Source of the DNA: Desulfobulbus propionicus DSM 2032
GTDB lineage: Bacteria; Desulfobacterota; Desulfobulbia; Desulfobulbales; Desulfobulbaceae
DNA length: 32,000 bases
Reading direction: 5' to 3'
Assembly: GCF_000186885.1 (NCBI RefSeq)
Contig: NC_014972.1
Span: 2,760,001 to 2,792,000 of the forward strand
Positions 20,074 through 28,544 of this stretch are shown piece after piece; positions within the stretch are counted from its first letter, which is position 1; every line of letters starts with the position of its first letter. The notes beneath the pieces were generated by a model. The model made no database searches and had not been told where the DNA came from. It saw only the letters and a list, made by a program, of their open reading frames with translations. Made by a program: the position numbers and the translations under genes.

Positions 20074-20835
20074 TTAATTCCCAATCAGCAACTCGGCCCG
20101 CACCTGTGACCGGCTCCCTTCCTTCTTGCTCATCGAGTACTTCAACTCCACCTCTTCAATCCAAAAGCGCTTGAAGATCTCCCGGATCTCGGGCGTGTCA
20201 TTGATGGTCATCAGGAACCGGCCCTTGATTCCGGCCAACACCTCGGCCAGATCAAGAAAGTCCTGCTCAACGAAGTTGTGGGCATAGCCATCGATCTTCC
20301 AGTACGGCGGATCCAGGAAGAACAGGGTGTATTCCCGGTCGTAGCGGGGGATCAGATCGCGGAAATCGAGACATTCGATCATCACCTGGCCCAGCCGGAT
20401 CCAGGCTTCTTCCAGTAGCCGTTGCAGGGTGAACAGGTTGAGCCTGGGGACGCCCGTCGTTGACGTGCCGAAGGTCCGCCCCCGGCTGCGGCCGCCAAAA
20501 CACATCCGCTGGAGATAGAGGTACCGGGCTGCCCGCTGGATATCGGTGAGGGTGTCGGGATTGACCTGCATCAAGCAGTTGAATTCGTCCCGTGCGACCA
20601 AGGCGTACTTGAACTGGCGGTGCAGCTCCTCGGGATGATGCTTGACCGTGCGGTAGAGGGTGATCAGATCCCGGTCCAGATCGTTGATCACCTCGGTCCC
20701 CTTGGGTTCCTTGGCAAAGAAGACATTGGCTGCTCCGGCGAATACCTCGACATAGCACTGGTGCTCCGGAAATCTCGAGATGATGGCCTTGGCCAGACGG
20801 CTCTTGCCGCCAAAATAGGGTATCAGTGCTCCCAC
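20074..20835 (-). CDS. D12-class DNA adenine (N6) methyltransferase, phage-associated
   Basis: VGALIPYFGGKSRLAKAIISRFPEHQCYVEVFAGAANVFFAK (SAM-binding FxGG/FxGxG region) and LFFLDPPYWK (DPPY). GTG at 20835 is preceded by AGGAG at 6-nt spacing; the listed ORF to 20976 is probably over-extended. Confidence 0.88.
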   Translation of the reverse strand: MGALIPYFGGKSRLAKAIISRFPEHQCYVEVFAGAANVFFAKEPKGTEVINDLDRDLITLYRTVKHHPEELHRQFKYALVARDEFNCLMQVNPDTLTDIQRAARYLYLQRMCFGGRSRGRTFGTSTTGVPRLNLFTLQRLLEEAWIRLGQVMIECLDFRDLIPRYDREYTLFFLDPPYWKIDGYAHNFVEQDFLDLAEVLAGIKGRFLMTINDTPEIREIFKRFWIEEVELKYSMSKKEGSRSQVRAELLIGN

Positions 20836-20962
20836 GAAAGGCTCCTTGTGCAAACGCAGGCAATATGCTACTACCCCCGTGCGCTGTCCCTCAGCGTGCA
20901 TCGGGGCTATAGCAGGAGAACCTGCGGACCTCCTTCCGTGGTGAGACACGGCTGGATCGTTC

Positions 20963-20984
20963 GGGGAGAGCTGCAACTCTCCCC
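20963..20984. other. Perfect short inverted repeat upstream of the methyltransferase
   Basis: ggggagag-ctgcaa-ctctcccc; 8-bp stem, no U-run. Confidence 0.4.
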
Positions 20985-21140
20985 AGTCCCGTCCTTCAAA
21001 CTGTTGCCAGACCTTATCAGCTCAACGCATCGGGCTATACTCTCGCCACCGTCAGATTCCATTTCTGCAAGCTGACCGGCCTCCGGGCCGATGTTGCCCT
21101 CGTCCTGGCGTCCCAATGCTGGTTTGTCCCATCGGGGGTG

Positions 21141-21581
21141 CTATAGGGTGGCGGCCAGAGTAAAAAGATTGTCAATTTCTTCGTTGGTCAAACCCATTGC
21201 CCCGGCTATCGTGGTCAGCGTCGGCCAGTCTCTCTGTATTTCCTGCGCGTACTCCCACTCAATCCGCGCCCGGTCTCCAGCATCTCCCGCCATGTTGGCA
21301 ACGGCGGCCTCTGCTTGGGTCAAGAGTCCGGCCTGAAGCAGGGCCAGCCGCGCCTGGCGCATGGTCACCGATGGCGGCACCGGATCATTGACGGCGGCAG
21401 GGCATGGCGCGATTGCACCAAACTCCCCGGCCATGGCCCGCTGGTACAGATCGCGGTTGTAGTCCTGCGGAGAGTCTGGGGTGGCGTGGAATGGGATCTC
21501 GCCAAGCTCGGCGAATGTCGCCAGCAGGTCGACCCCGCCGGTAGGCGTGGCAACAGGTTTTTTTGCTGAAATAAAATTCAT
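21141..21581 (-). CDS. Phage tail-region hypothetical protein
   Basis: 146 aa ORF in the co-directional tail cluster, between the fibre-like gene and the methylase. Confidence 0.6.
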   Translation of the reverse strand: MNFISAKKPVATPTGGVDLLATFAELGEIPFHATPDSPQDYNRDLYQRAMAGEFGAIAPCPAAVNDPVPPSVTMRQARLALLQAGLLTQAEAAVANMAGDAGDRARIEWEYAQEIQRDWPTLTTIAGAMGLTNEEIDNLFTLAATL

Positions 21582-21588
21582 GGGGTCC

Positions 21589-22008
21589 TCATGCTATTTT
21601 TTTGGCCGCGACGATGTTGTGCAAGCCGGAAGCAGGCGTTGATGGGCTAAGGATTTTCCATGTCCCGGAAACGGTTACTGCCGATTTGTAGGCCACCACG
21701 TTGCCGTTGTTGGTGAAACTGATATTCACCAGCCTGAGAACCGTGCCGCTAATTAGGTTGCCTGGGGTGAGTGTGGTGGTTGCCGTATCGTGCGTGACCA
21801 GGGTCACGGTCCCCACATCGTCATAGCTGGTGTTCAGCGCGGTCACGTTGCTGACGTCAGTGTTGGCCAGCGTGACCGCGCCGGTCTTTCCGGCGACAGA
21901 AGTTACCGCGTCAGGGTCCAAATGGCCGACATTGCCCTGCGCATCAAACGCCATTACCTTGGCTCCCGCCCTTGTCAGCGACGGGTTGGTTGAGATGATA
22001 TTTTTCAT
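21589..22008 (-). CDS. Phage tail fibre-like/virion protein
   Basis: 139 aa; includes SVAGKTGAVTLANTDVSNV, a motif commonly found in phage tail fibre proteins. Confidence 0.6.
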   Translation of the reverse strand: MKNIISTNPSLTRAGAKVMAFDAQGNVGHLDPDAVTSVAGKTGAVTLANTDVSNVTALNTSYDDVGTVTLVTHDTATTTLTPGNLISGTVLRLVNISFTNNGNVVAYKSAVTVSGTWKILSPSTPASGLHNIVAAKKIA

Positions 22009-22016
22009 TTTCCTCC

Positions 22017-24275
22017 TTAAAACAGGTAGACTCGATCGCCATCAAGAGCGATATACTCGCCATCGAGGGCAACGGCGTTTTGGTCGGCGTCGATGGCAAC
22101 AGTGAGGCTCCACCTCTGCTGGCTGACAAGGCTCGCGCGAATGCTCTCAAGTTCAATCCTGACCGTTTCGACATCGGTGTGGCCGAGGGCGATTAGATCA
22201 GTGGTATCGCTTGTCCCGGTGATACCGGTTTGCTCCTTGAGCATCGCCCCCGTAACGGCGTCATAAACCCGGACAGCGTAGGTGACCCCGGCTTCCGGGC
22301 CGATGTTGCCTTCGTCCTGGCGAACCAGGGTGACGGTCTGTTGCGTTCGATCCCGGTGCGCCCAGGTAATCGTTATGCCGTCCTGGATGTTGATCTTGTC
22401 AGGCCACCGCTGCCCATTGACCTGTACGTTGCCCGGCGGATAGGGCCGCATCATCCGCCCCACGCAGGTATGGGTGTCGGTGCTGGCGTCGGCCAGTTGC
22501 AACCGCCCCTCGGCGGTGGACGGCAACAGCTTGATCTCCACCTGCTCGCCGACGGCGCGGTCGGTGCGGTCCAGGCCGAAGAACGATTGGTGGCACCACA
22601 GGAGGGTGCCGGCCGCATGGGCCACGGGGATGGTGTCGAGCACGCCCCGGTTGACCGTCAGGGTGCCATTGATGGCATCCATGGCGGTGATGGCCACCAG
22701 TTCGTCGCCCAATGCCGCATAGGTGCCGACCTTGACCAGATCGGTGTCGATATCCGCATCCTGCAACTGGATCACCGAGCTGATCTCCGGCGACAGCGGC
22801 ATCGCCGTGGCGCTGACGAACGGGAAGGAGTCGGTATCCCGCTTGACGAACTCAGCGGCGCCCACGTTGCGGGTCCACATCTCATAGTTGAGGGCATCGC
22901 TGCTGGGGCGGTCGCAGCAGCAGGTGAGCATGGTGCTGTCGTCTTCCAGCTCGGCCAGCACGGCGGCGGACTCGCCGAAGAGGCGCACGAACTGCCACCA
23001 GGTGATTTCCTGGATTTTCCGCCGCACCGCATCGGCCGGCGCGGTCAGCGGGTTTGTCCACAGGCTTTCCGCCGGGGTGGTGATGGCCACCGGGCCCAGG
23101 CCGTAGACGTCGCGGGCCGCCTTGATGCGCAAGGTGCTGTCGGTGTACTCGCCGATCTCCACCTGGTTGACCCGCATGACCACGCCGGACAGGCCGATGG
23201 GCGGCCAATCGAAGACAAAACAGTCGCCGGGCTCAAGGCTCCAGTGCTTGCGGTTGACCGTAAGCGTGCAGGAGGCCAGGGGCATGGCCATCTGCTGGAG
23301 CTCGCGGGCCGCGATCTTGTGCGCCCACTCCTCGGTGGCGATGCCGGGCATTTCGACGGTGGCCTGGATGATCTGACCGCCGGCGCGGGTGATCCCGGCA
23401 ATGTCCTGGACCGTGGTGGCCTGGGCCTGATTGGCCCGGTCCACCCATTTGACCGTCACCTGGTTGACCGCCTCGGCGGCTGAGGCAACGTAGTATTCCA
23501 CCAGCTCCACCGCGCTGCGCTGGTCGATCACCGGCAACAGCGCCTTGGTGTAGTCGTTGCGGATCAGCTTGAGGGTGAGCAGGCCGGTGCGGTGGCTGAA
23601 ATAGAGCACGCCGTCGATGTGGTCGAGGATGATGTTGAGGAAGTCCTCGATACTGCTGTCTCTGGCCCACAGGAGCGACAGGCCGAACCCCTCCTGCCGT
23701 GGGTCGGTGCCGGAGGCGAGAAAGTAGGCGGCGCTCTCGAACGAGGCTGTGTCCAGATCGGCCACCGGGTAGCCCAGCCCGCCCCAGGTGGTATTGGTCA
23801 GGGCCTCGTAGATGATGTGTGCCGGGTTCATATCCACGTATCCATCAGCGGCGACAATATCGGCCAGATCATCCCGCCAGCCAACCCTGGATCGCTGCCC
23901 CAGGATGGCCCACTCCTTGATGTACGGATTGTTGGCCGCCAAAAGGCACCGGCGGGCGATCAGTCCAAACAGCCCGCGGAATGCCGGAATATCATTGCCC
24001 AGTTTCTTTTGCAGATAACTGTTCTGCGGCTGGTCCGGCAGGCCAAAGCACACGTCGACATTGCCCTTGATGCCGCCTTCGCGGCCATCGCCGCCGAACA
24101 GGTTTGGCTTGCTGACGGCGATGGTCTGGTTGGCGGTCACCGCGCCTTCCCAGGCCCATTTGTCGCCGACCTTGATCTTGATGAGCTTGTCGAGCGCATG
24201 GCAGAACACCAGGTGCAGGCCCGCATAGTAGCGGTACCCGGTGACGTAACATTCATCCCCCTTGCCGCCGCCCAT
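22017..24275 (-). CDS. Phage tail hub / host-specificity J-like protein (main part)
   Basis: GGGKGDECYVTGYRYYAGLHLVFCHALDKLIKIKVGDKWAWEG at the N-terminus; NPAHIIYEALTNTTWGGLGYPVADLDTASFESAAYFL; VNQVTVKWVDR. The start is best placed at ATG 24275 (MGGGKGDE), overlapping the preceding stop as TGATG, rather than at 24332. Confidence 0.8.
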   Translation of the reverse strand: MGGGKGDECYVTGYRYYAGLHLVFCHALDKLIKIKVGDKWAWEGAVTANQTIAVSKPNLFGGDGREGGIKGNVDVCFGLPDQPQNSYLQKKLGNDIPAFRGLFGLIARRCLLAANNPYIKEWAILGQRSRVGWRDDLADIVAADGYVDMNPAHIIYEALTNTTWGGLGYPVADLDTASFESAAYFLASGTDPRQEGFGLSLLWARDSSIEDFLNIILDHIDGVLYFSHRTGLLTLKLIRNDYTKALLPVIDQRSAVELVEYYVASAAEAVNQVTVKWVDRANQAQATTVQDIAGITRAGGQIIQATVEMPGIATEEWAHKIAARELQQMAMPLASCTLTVNRKHWSLEPGDCFVFDWPPIGLSGVVMRVNQVEIGEYTDSTLRIKAARDVYGLGPVAITTPAESLWTNPLTAPADAVRRKIQEITWWQFVRLFGESAAVLAELEDDSTMLTCCCDRPSSDALNYEMWTRNVGAAEFVKRDTDSFPFVSATAMPLSPEISSVIQLQDADIDTDLVKVGTYAALGDELVAITAMDAINGTLTVNRGVLDTIPVAHAAGTLLWCHQSFFGLDRTDRAVGEQVEIKLLPSTAEGRLQLADASTDTHTCVGRMMRPYPPGNVQVNGQRWPDKINIQDGITITWAHRDRTQQTVTLVRQDEGNIGPEAGVTYAVRVYDAVTGAMLKEQTGITGTSDTTDLIALGHTDVETVRIELESIRASLVSQQRWSLTVAIDADQNAVALDGEYIALDGDRVYLF

Positions 24276-24520
24276 CAGACGCACCCCCCACGCTTGGCCG
24301 CCGCATCGCCTGCAATCGGCTCCCTGGTCCAACCGGTGGACGCGGCGAACTCCACCGCCGCGATGGCCATGGCGTCACCGGAGGCCAACAACAGCTCGGC
24401 ATCCACCCCATCGTTCAGCACGTCCTGCCAGGCAATGCCCCGGCTGGCAAACCACCTGCGCATGCCGCGATTGCAGTATTCCAGTGCCCGGAAATGCCAG
24501 AGGTAAACACGCTTGTTCAT
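24275..24520 (-). CDS. Small phage protein nested between the two J-like ORFs
   Basis: MNKRVYLWHFRALEYCNRGMRRWFASRGIAWQDVLNDGVDAELLLASGDAMAIAAVEFA; ATG at 24520 preceded by GGAGG; stop overlaps the next start (TGATG). Confidence 0.65.
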   Translation of the reverse strand: MNKRVYLWHFRALEYCNRGMRRWFASRGIAWQDVLNDGVDAELLLASGDAMAIAAVEFAASTGWTREPIAGDAAAKRGGCV

Positions 24521-24752
24521 ATTTCTTGCCGCCTCCACAGGATTCGATCGGCGTGGTCTTGATGTCGCCGTACCACACGCAGTTGGTCTTGCTGATCAGT
24601 CGGGTGCCGAACAGCACCGGCACCGGACTGGAAGAGTCCACGGTGGTCGTTTCCACGTCGCCAGGCGTCGGGGTCACCTGTGTGTACGGCTTGGGCCGCA
24701 ACAGATAGGAGGCAACCACCAGGACCGCGAGCACCACATATTGCCAAGCCAT
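24375..24752 (-). CDS. N-terminal fragment/partner of the J-like tail protein
   Basis: MAWQYVVLAVLVVASYLLRPKPYTQVTPTPGDVETTTVDSSSPVPVLFGTRLISKTNCVWYGDIKTTPIESCGGGKK resembles the N-terminal region of J-like tail proteins. After about residue 78 it overlaps the nested ORF in another frame. Confidence 0.6.
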   Translation of the reverse strand: MAWQYVVLAVLVVASYLLRPKPYTQVTPTPGDVETTTVDSSSPVPVLFGTRLISKTNCVWYGDIKTTPIESCGGGKKYEQACLPLAFPGTGILQSRHAQVVCQPGHCLAGRAERWGGCRAVVGLR

Positions 24753-24761
24753 GCCGCCTCC

Positions 24762-25562
24762 CTACACCAATGCGTCGCCGCTGAACGGGTTCTTGGTGGG
24801 CAGATAGGGCAGCCCGCCATAGTTGACGATGTTGTTGAATTTGCCCCCGCAGTCATTCATGTCGTGGCGGCAGCCCGGCCACAGGGTCACCTCTGTCCCG
24901 GCCACCAGGCCGCCGATGGCATCGACCATGGTGATCGTCGCCCCCTCGTGGCCGTTGATCATCCGCAGTTCGGTCCCGGCCTGCAGCATGCCGCCGAGAA
25001 AATACCCCGAGGCGAACGAGGTCAGCCCGTCGACGGTGAGCCTGCCGTCAATCACCTCCATCACGGTGCCGACCACCTTGCGGGCGTCGGCATTGATCCC
25101 GCACGCGGCCGAGTAGAGCACATGCGGACACCCCACCTGGTACACCCGCCGCAATCCGGCCCGCTTGAACAGGGTGAAGGCCGAGTCGCTGGAAAGGGTG
25201 GCCACGGACCCGGCCCACTTGCAGCCGGTGATCCGGCCCTTCCAGAACAGCTGTTTCTCGCTGTCGCCGTGGTGCAGCCGGAAAATGGTCACGATCACCG
25301 TGCCGGCCAGCCAGCCGTCACGGAACAACAGGGCCACATCGTTGGCCGCGTTGATTTCGATGTCCATGGTGCTCCGCCGGGCATCGCCGCCCTTGGAGAA
25401 CCCGCCGCGCTTGATGTAGACGGGCTGGTATTTCTCCTCAGCCAAACTCCCCACCTCATGGTCCGCGCTGGTGAACAGCCATTGCTGGGCGCCCACCGAG
25501 AAGCGGTACAACTCCAGCGGCTGGCCGGAAGAGTCGGATTCTTCATAGGTCGCGTAGCTCAT
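24762..25562 (-). CDS. Phage conserved protein, DUF2163/BR0599-like tail-assembly protein
   Basis: MSYATYEESDSSGQPLELYRFSVG...GCPHVLYSAACGINA...WPGCRHDMNDCGGKFNNIVNYGGLPYLPTKNPF. ATG 25562 overlaps the upstream stop (ATGA). Confidence 0.75.
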   Translation of the reverse strand: MSYATYEESDSSGQPLELYRFSVGAQQWLFTSADHEVGSLAEEKYQPVYIKRGGFSKGGDARRSTMDIEINAANDVALLFRDGWLAGTVIVTIFRLHHGDSEKQLFWKGRITGCKWAGSVATLSSDSAFTLFKRAGLRRVYQVGCPHVLYSAACGINADARKVVGTVMEVIDGRLTVDGLTSFASGYFLGGMLQAGTELRMINGHEGATITMVDAIGGLVAGTEVTLWPGCRHDMNDCGGKFNNIVNYGGLPYLPTKNPFSGDALV

Positions 25563-27124
25563 GGCAGCACCACGATCGGCAGGGTGACCTCGGCACACTC
25601 GGCGGTCACCCAATGGACGGTAATCTCATCGCTGTCCAGGCGGCACAGCTCCAGCCAGGCGCAGCGGTTGAGCGCTTCTGCGGACACAGCCACCGGCAAG
25701 GCGGCGTCCAGGGTCAGCTTTTCCTCGCCGCTGGCCAGGGTCTCCACGCCGAGCACCTTCCGCCGGATGATTGTCCCATCGGTGGTGATCAGTTCAAGGT
25801 GCTGGCGGGCCGCGCTGTCCTTGAGGGCGTACTCGTAACCGATCGGCTGGATGACGATGGACGATGCGCCCGCTTCCGCCGGCACCGAGAGCTCGAACCC
25901 CCGGTCATTGGCGGCCAGCCAGAACGGCGCCAGCCGGCCGCCCCTGGCCTTGAGAAAGGCGAGAAAGGTGTTGATGTCGGCCCGGCCGACCAGCAGGAAC
26001 CTGGCATCCCGGCTCAACACCGGCTCCTCGGATTGCACATCGAACTCCAGCACCCCGGTGTCGTTGTCCAGCCGCACCCACTTGTTGTCGTAGCCCTCCT
26101 CGCCATCCTCCCAGCTCGGCACGAACGGACACAGCGGCACATCCAGATACAGCTCCACGGCGCCCCCGGACGGTTCCCAACCGTCGTCCGTGGCCAGCAA
26201 GCTGAGCCGATAATCGCCCACGTCCTCGGTGAACCTACTGACTCGCCGCTGCTCCAGGGAGAGGCAAGAGCGGCACGGCGCCATCCAAGCCAACCCGGCC
26301 TGCCAGTCCCGGCCGAACGGCGCATCCACCGCCAAATAGGTGGCACCCACGCCGGTGATGGTCCGCACCTCGGCGGTCTGCCAATCGGTCCACACCGCCA
26401 CCGGCGTACCGATGACGAAATTGTCCGAGCCCTCGGTGATCGGGATGGTGGTGGCCCCGGCGGCAATATCGCCAGTCAGCCGGAACGCATCCCGCCAGAT
26501 CGGCGCGAACAGGTACCGGGACTTGCGCATCCCCAGCCAGGTCTCCAGCTGGCGGCGGCCAGCCCCGGACACCAGCATCCGCACCTCCCAAGTACGCCGA
26601 GGCAGGGTACGCAACTGGACCCGCTGCTCGGTGCGGTCATGGGCAATCATCACATCCGTTTTCCAGGCCAGCGACTCATCCAGCCCGTTCTCCCAGTTGT
26701 GCGGGAAGAACAGATAGCCGATGTCGCCGGAGAGCTGCGGCGGCCGGGTGCCAAGGATGGTCCACAGCGGATCGTTTGTGGCCGTGGTCAAAAAGCTGAA
26801 CAGGGCCTCGAAGATGGCCGGGCCTTCGGAGTCGACCGAGACAACGATCCTCTGGCTTGTGTGTGGCGCGATGGTCGCCGGAGTGGTCAGGTCAAGGCCG
26901 ATCCCCTCCACCTGGCCCGAGGCGTTAATTGCCGACACGGTCCGGGCAACGCTCTCGCCGTTGTGCAGATACACCGGAAACGCCTGATCCTTGGACACCA
27001 GCCCCATATCAAACCGTTCCGGCCGGATGTACCGGGTGAACAGCGCCGTCTCCAGGTTGGTTGTCCTGGCGCTCAACCCGGACAACGGCACCATGGACAT
27101 TTGCATGATTGTTCCTACCGGCAT
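25559..27124 (-). CDS. Phage tail protein
   Basis: 521 aa in the tail cluster; IGYLFFPHNWENGLDESLAWKTDVMIAHDRTEQRVQLRTLPRRTWEVRMLVSG, resembling uncharacterised phage tail proteins. Confidence 0.7.
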   Translation of the reverse strand: MPVGTIMQMSMVPLSGLSARTTNLETALFTRYIRPERFDMGLVSKDQAFPVYLHNGESVARTVSAINASGQVEGIGLDLTTPATIAPHTSQRIVVSVDSEGPAIFEALFSFLTTATNDPLWTILGTRPPQLSGDIGYLFFPHNWENGLDESLAWKTDVMIAHDRTEQRVQLRTLPRRTWEVRMLVSGAGRRQLETWLGMRKSRYLFAPIWRDAFRLTGDIAAGATTIPITEGSDNFVIGTPVAVWTDWQTAEVRTITGVGATYLAVDAPFGRDWQAGLAWMAPCRSCLSLEQRRVSRFTEDVGDYRLSLLATDDGWEPSGGAVELYLDVPLCPFVPSWEDGEEGYDNKWVRLDNDTGVLEFDVQSEEPVLSRDARFLLVGRADINTFLAFLKARGGRLAPFWLAANDRGFELSVPAEAGASSIVIQPIGYEYALKDSAARQHLELITTDGTIIRRKVLGVETLASGEEKLTLDAALPVAVSAEALNRCAWLELCRLDSDEITVHWVTAECAEVTLPIVVLP

Positions 27125-27125
27125 A

Positions 27126-27443
27126 TTATGGCCTCATATAGGTGGTGAGACCGTACCGCCACTGGTCGATCATGCTAACCTCCCCGGTGGAATTGGCAAT
27201 CGTCCAATGCACGACCTCGATCGGCACGGTGCTGGTGAGTGTTCCGGCTGCCGGAGTCCCAAGACCGCCTGCGGTGTAATCGGCGGTGGCCGGGATGTCG
27301 CGGTAGCCATCCACCGTTTTCGTAGCCGGGCAGAAGCTCACCCCGGACTCCAGCCCCGCATGGCCAGCAAACGGCACGACATGGCCGTAAATGGTCTGGT
27401 GAATGATTTGAAGGCTGTGCCGCCAAAGCAGGTCTTTGGTCAC
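27126..27443 (-). CDS. Phage tail-cluster hypothetical protein
   Basis: 105 aa, co-directional and 1 bp from the next gene. Confidence 0.55.
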   Translation of the reverse strand: MTKDLLWRHSLQIIHQTIYGHVVPFAGHAGLESGVSFCPATKTVDGYRDIPATADYTAGGLGTPAAGTLTSTVPIEVVHWTIANSTGEVSMIDQWRYGLTTYMRP

Positions 27444-27446
27444 GGC

Positions 27447-27779
27447 TTACATCCGCATCAGGTTCCAGGGGAATGTCCGGCCCGTGCCGGCCGTCTGGGT
27501 GATTGTGGCGGCAATCTGATCGCCGGAGGCCAGGGGAAGGGGCACCGAATGCCAGTTCTTGTCAACCTGTGCCCCGGAAATTGTCTCAACCTTGGCGTCC
27601 TTCAGGTCATCGGTTGGGCGGCAGGTGGTCTTGAGACGAATCTCCAGGGTGTCGCCCGCCTGGAGCTCCGAGGTGTCAACCTCAAGGATGTAAATGCCGA
27701 TCCCGGTCAACTGCGCCAGGGAATGTTCGGTGTTGACGGTGGCGGCCTGGGCGCCGGATGCAACGGATACAACAGCCAT
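27447..27779 (-). CDS. Phage tail-cluster hypothetical protein
   Basis: 110 aa, co-directional, 3 bp from the next ORF. Confidence 0.55.
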   Translation of the reverse strand: MAVVSVASGAQAATVNTEHSLAQLTGIGIYILEVDTSELQAGDTLEIRLKTTCRPTDDLKDAKVETISGAQVDKNWHSVPLPLASGDQIAATITQTAGTGRTFPWNLMRM

Positions 27780-27788
27780 GTTTTTCTC

Positions 27789-28544
27789 CTAACTGATTTT
27801 GAACAATAAATTTGATGAGTTGTAGGCAAACAGATAGGTACTGCCGTTGATCGTGATCTGCTCGCCGGCCGCGTAGACGTTGCCCCGCCCCTGGGTATAC
27901 ACCCCGGGGAGCATGCCAATCGGGATGAAATAGGCGGTGTTGGCGTCATAGACCCCGGCAAGGATGGGACAAGGAACAACGACGGCGTTGAAATAATTCG
28001 GCCACACCGTCCCCCATTCCTGACCCCATGAGGTCCACAGTCTTCCCGCTTCCGCCGCCGACCCGGCCGTTGACCACGCCCCGTCCTTGAGCAACGCCGA
28101 CCGGTAGTATGGCTGGCTGCCGAACAGGCCATAAATCCTGGTTGCGCTTGAGGTATAACTCAGGGCCAGGCACGCGCCGCCACTCCATGTCCCGCATTTT
28201 TCGGTGACGGTGAACACCCCGCCCCAATGCACCGTTACCGATACCGAATAGAGATACTCACGGGAGAAATAGAGATTGTTCCCCACCGAATAAAAGCCGT
28301 ACTTGTAGCCGACCGAGAAGTTTTGATCCAACAGCACCGGACTGGTTGACCCGCCAACCGTGATCGAGCGGTTGATGGATGTGGCGTTGGAATATTCCGA
28401 GGTGAACTCGATCCCGGCCTTTGCCATAACCACTTTTGTTGTGGTGTTGACGGAAACAACCCAACCGTTATCTGCCCCAAAAGCGGCCAGGGCTGCCAGG
28501 TAGTTGGCAACCGTGTCGAATGTGCCTTCGTAATATGCGGCCAT
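27789..28544 (-). CDS. Phage virion/tail-associated protein, likely paralogue of the next gene
   Basis: ATG at 28544 overlaps the upstream TGA (TGATG). GTFDTVANYLAALAAFGADNGWVV resembles the N-terminus of the upstream gene. Confidence 0.6.
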   Translation of the reverse strand: MAAYYEGTFDTVANYLAALAAFGADNGWVVSVNTTTKVVMAKAGIEFTSEYSNATSINRSITVGGSTSPVLLDQNFSVGYKYGFYSVGNNLYFSREYLYSVSVTVHWGGVFTVTEKCGTWSGGACLALSYTSSATRIYGLFGSQPYYRSALLKDGAWSTAGSAAEAGRLWTSWGQEWGTVWPNYFNAVVVPCPILAGVYDANTAYFIPIGMLPGVYTQGRGNVYAAGEQITINGSTYLFAYNSSNLLFKIS

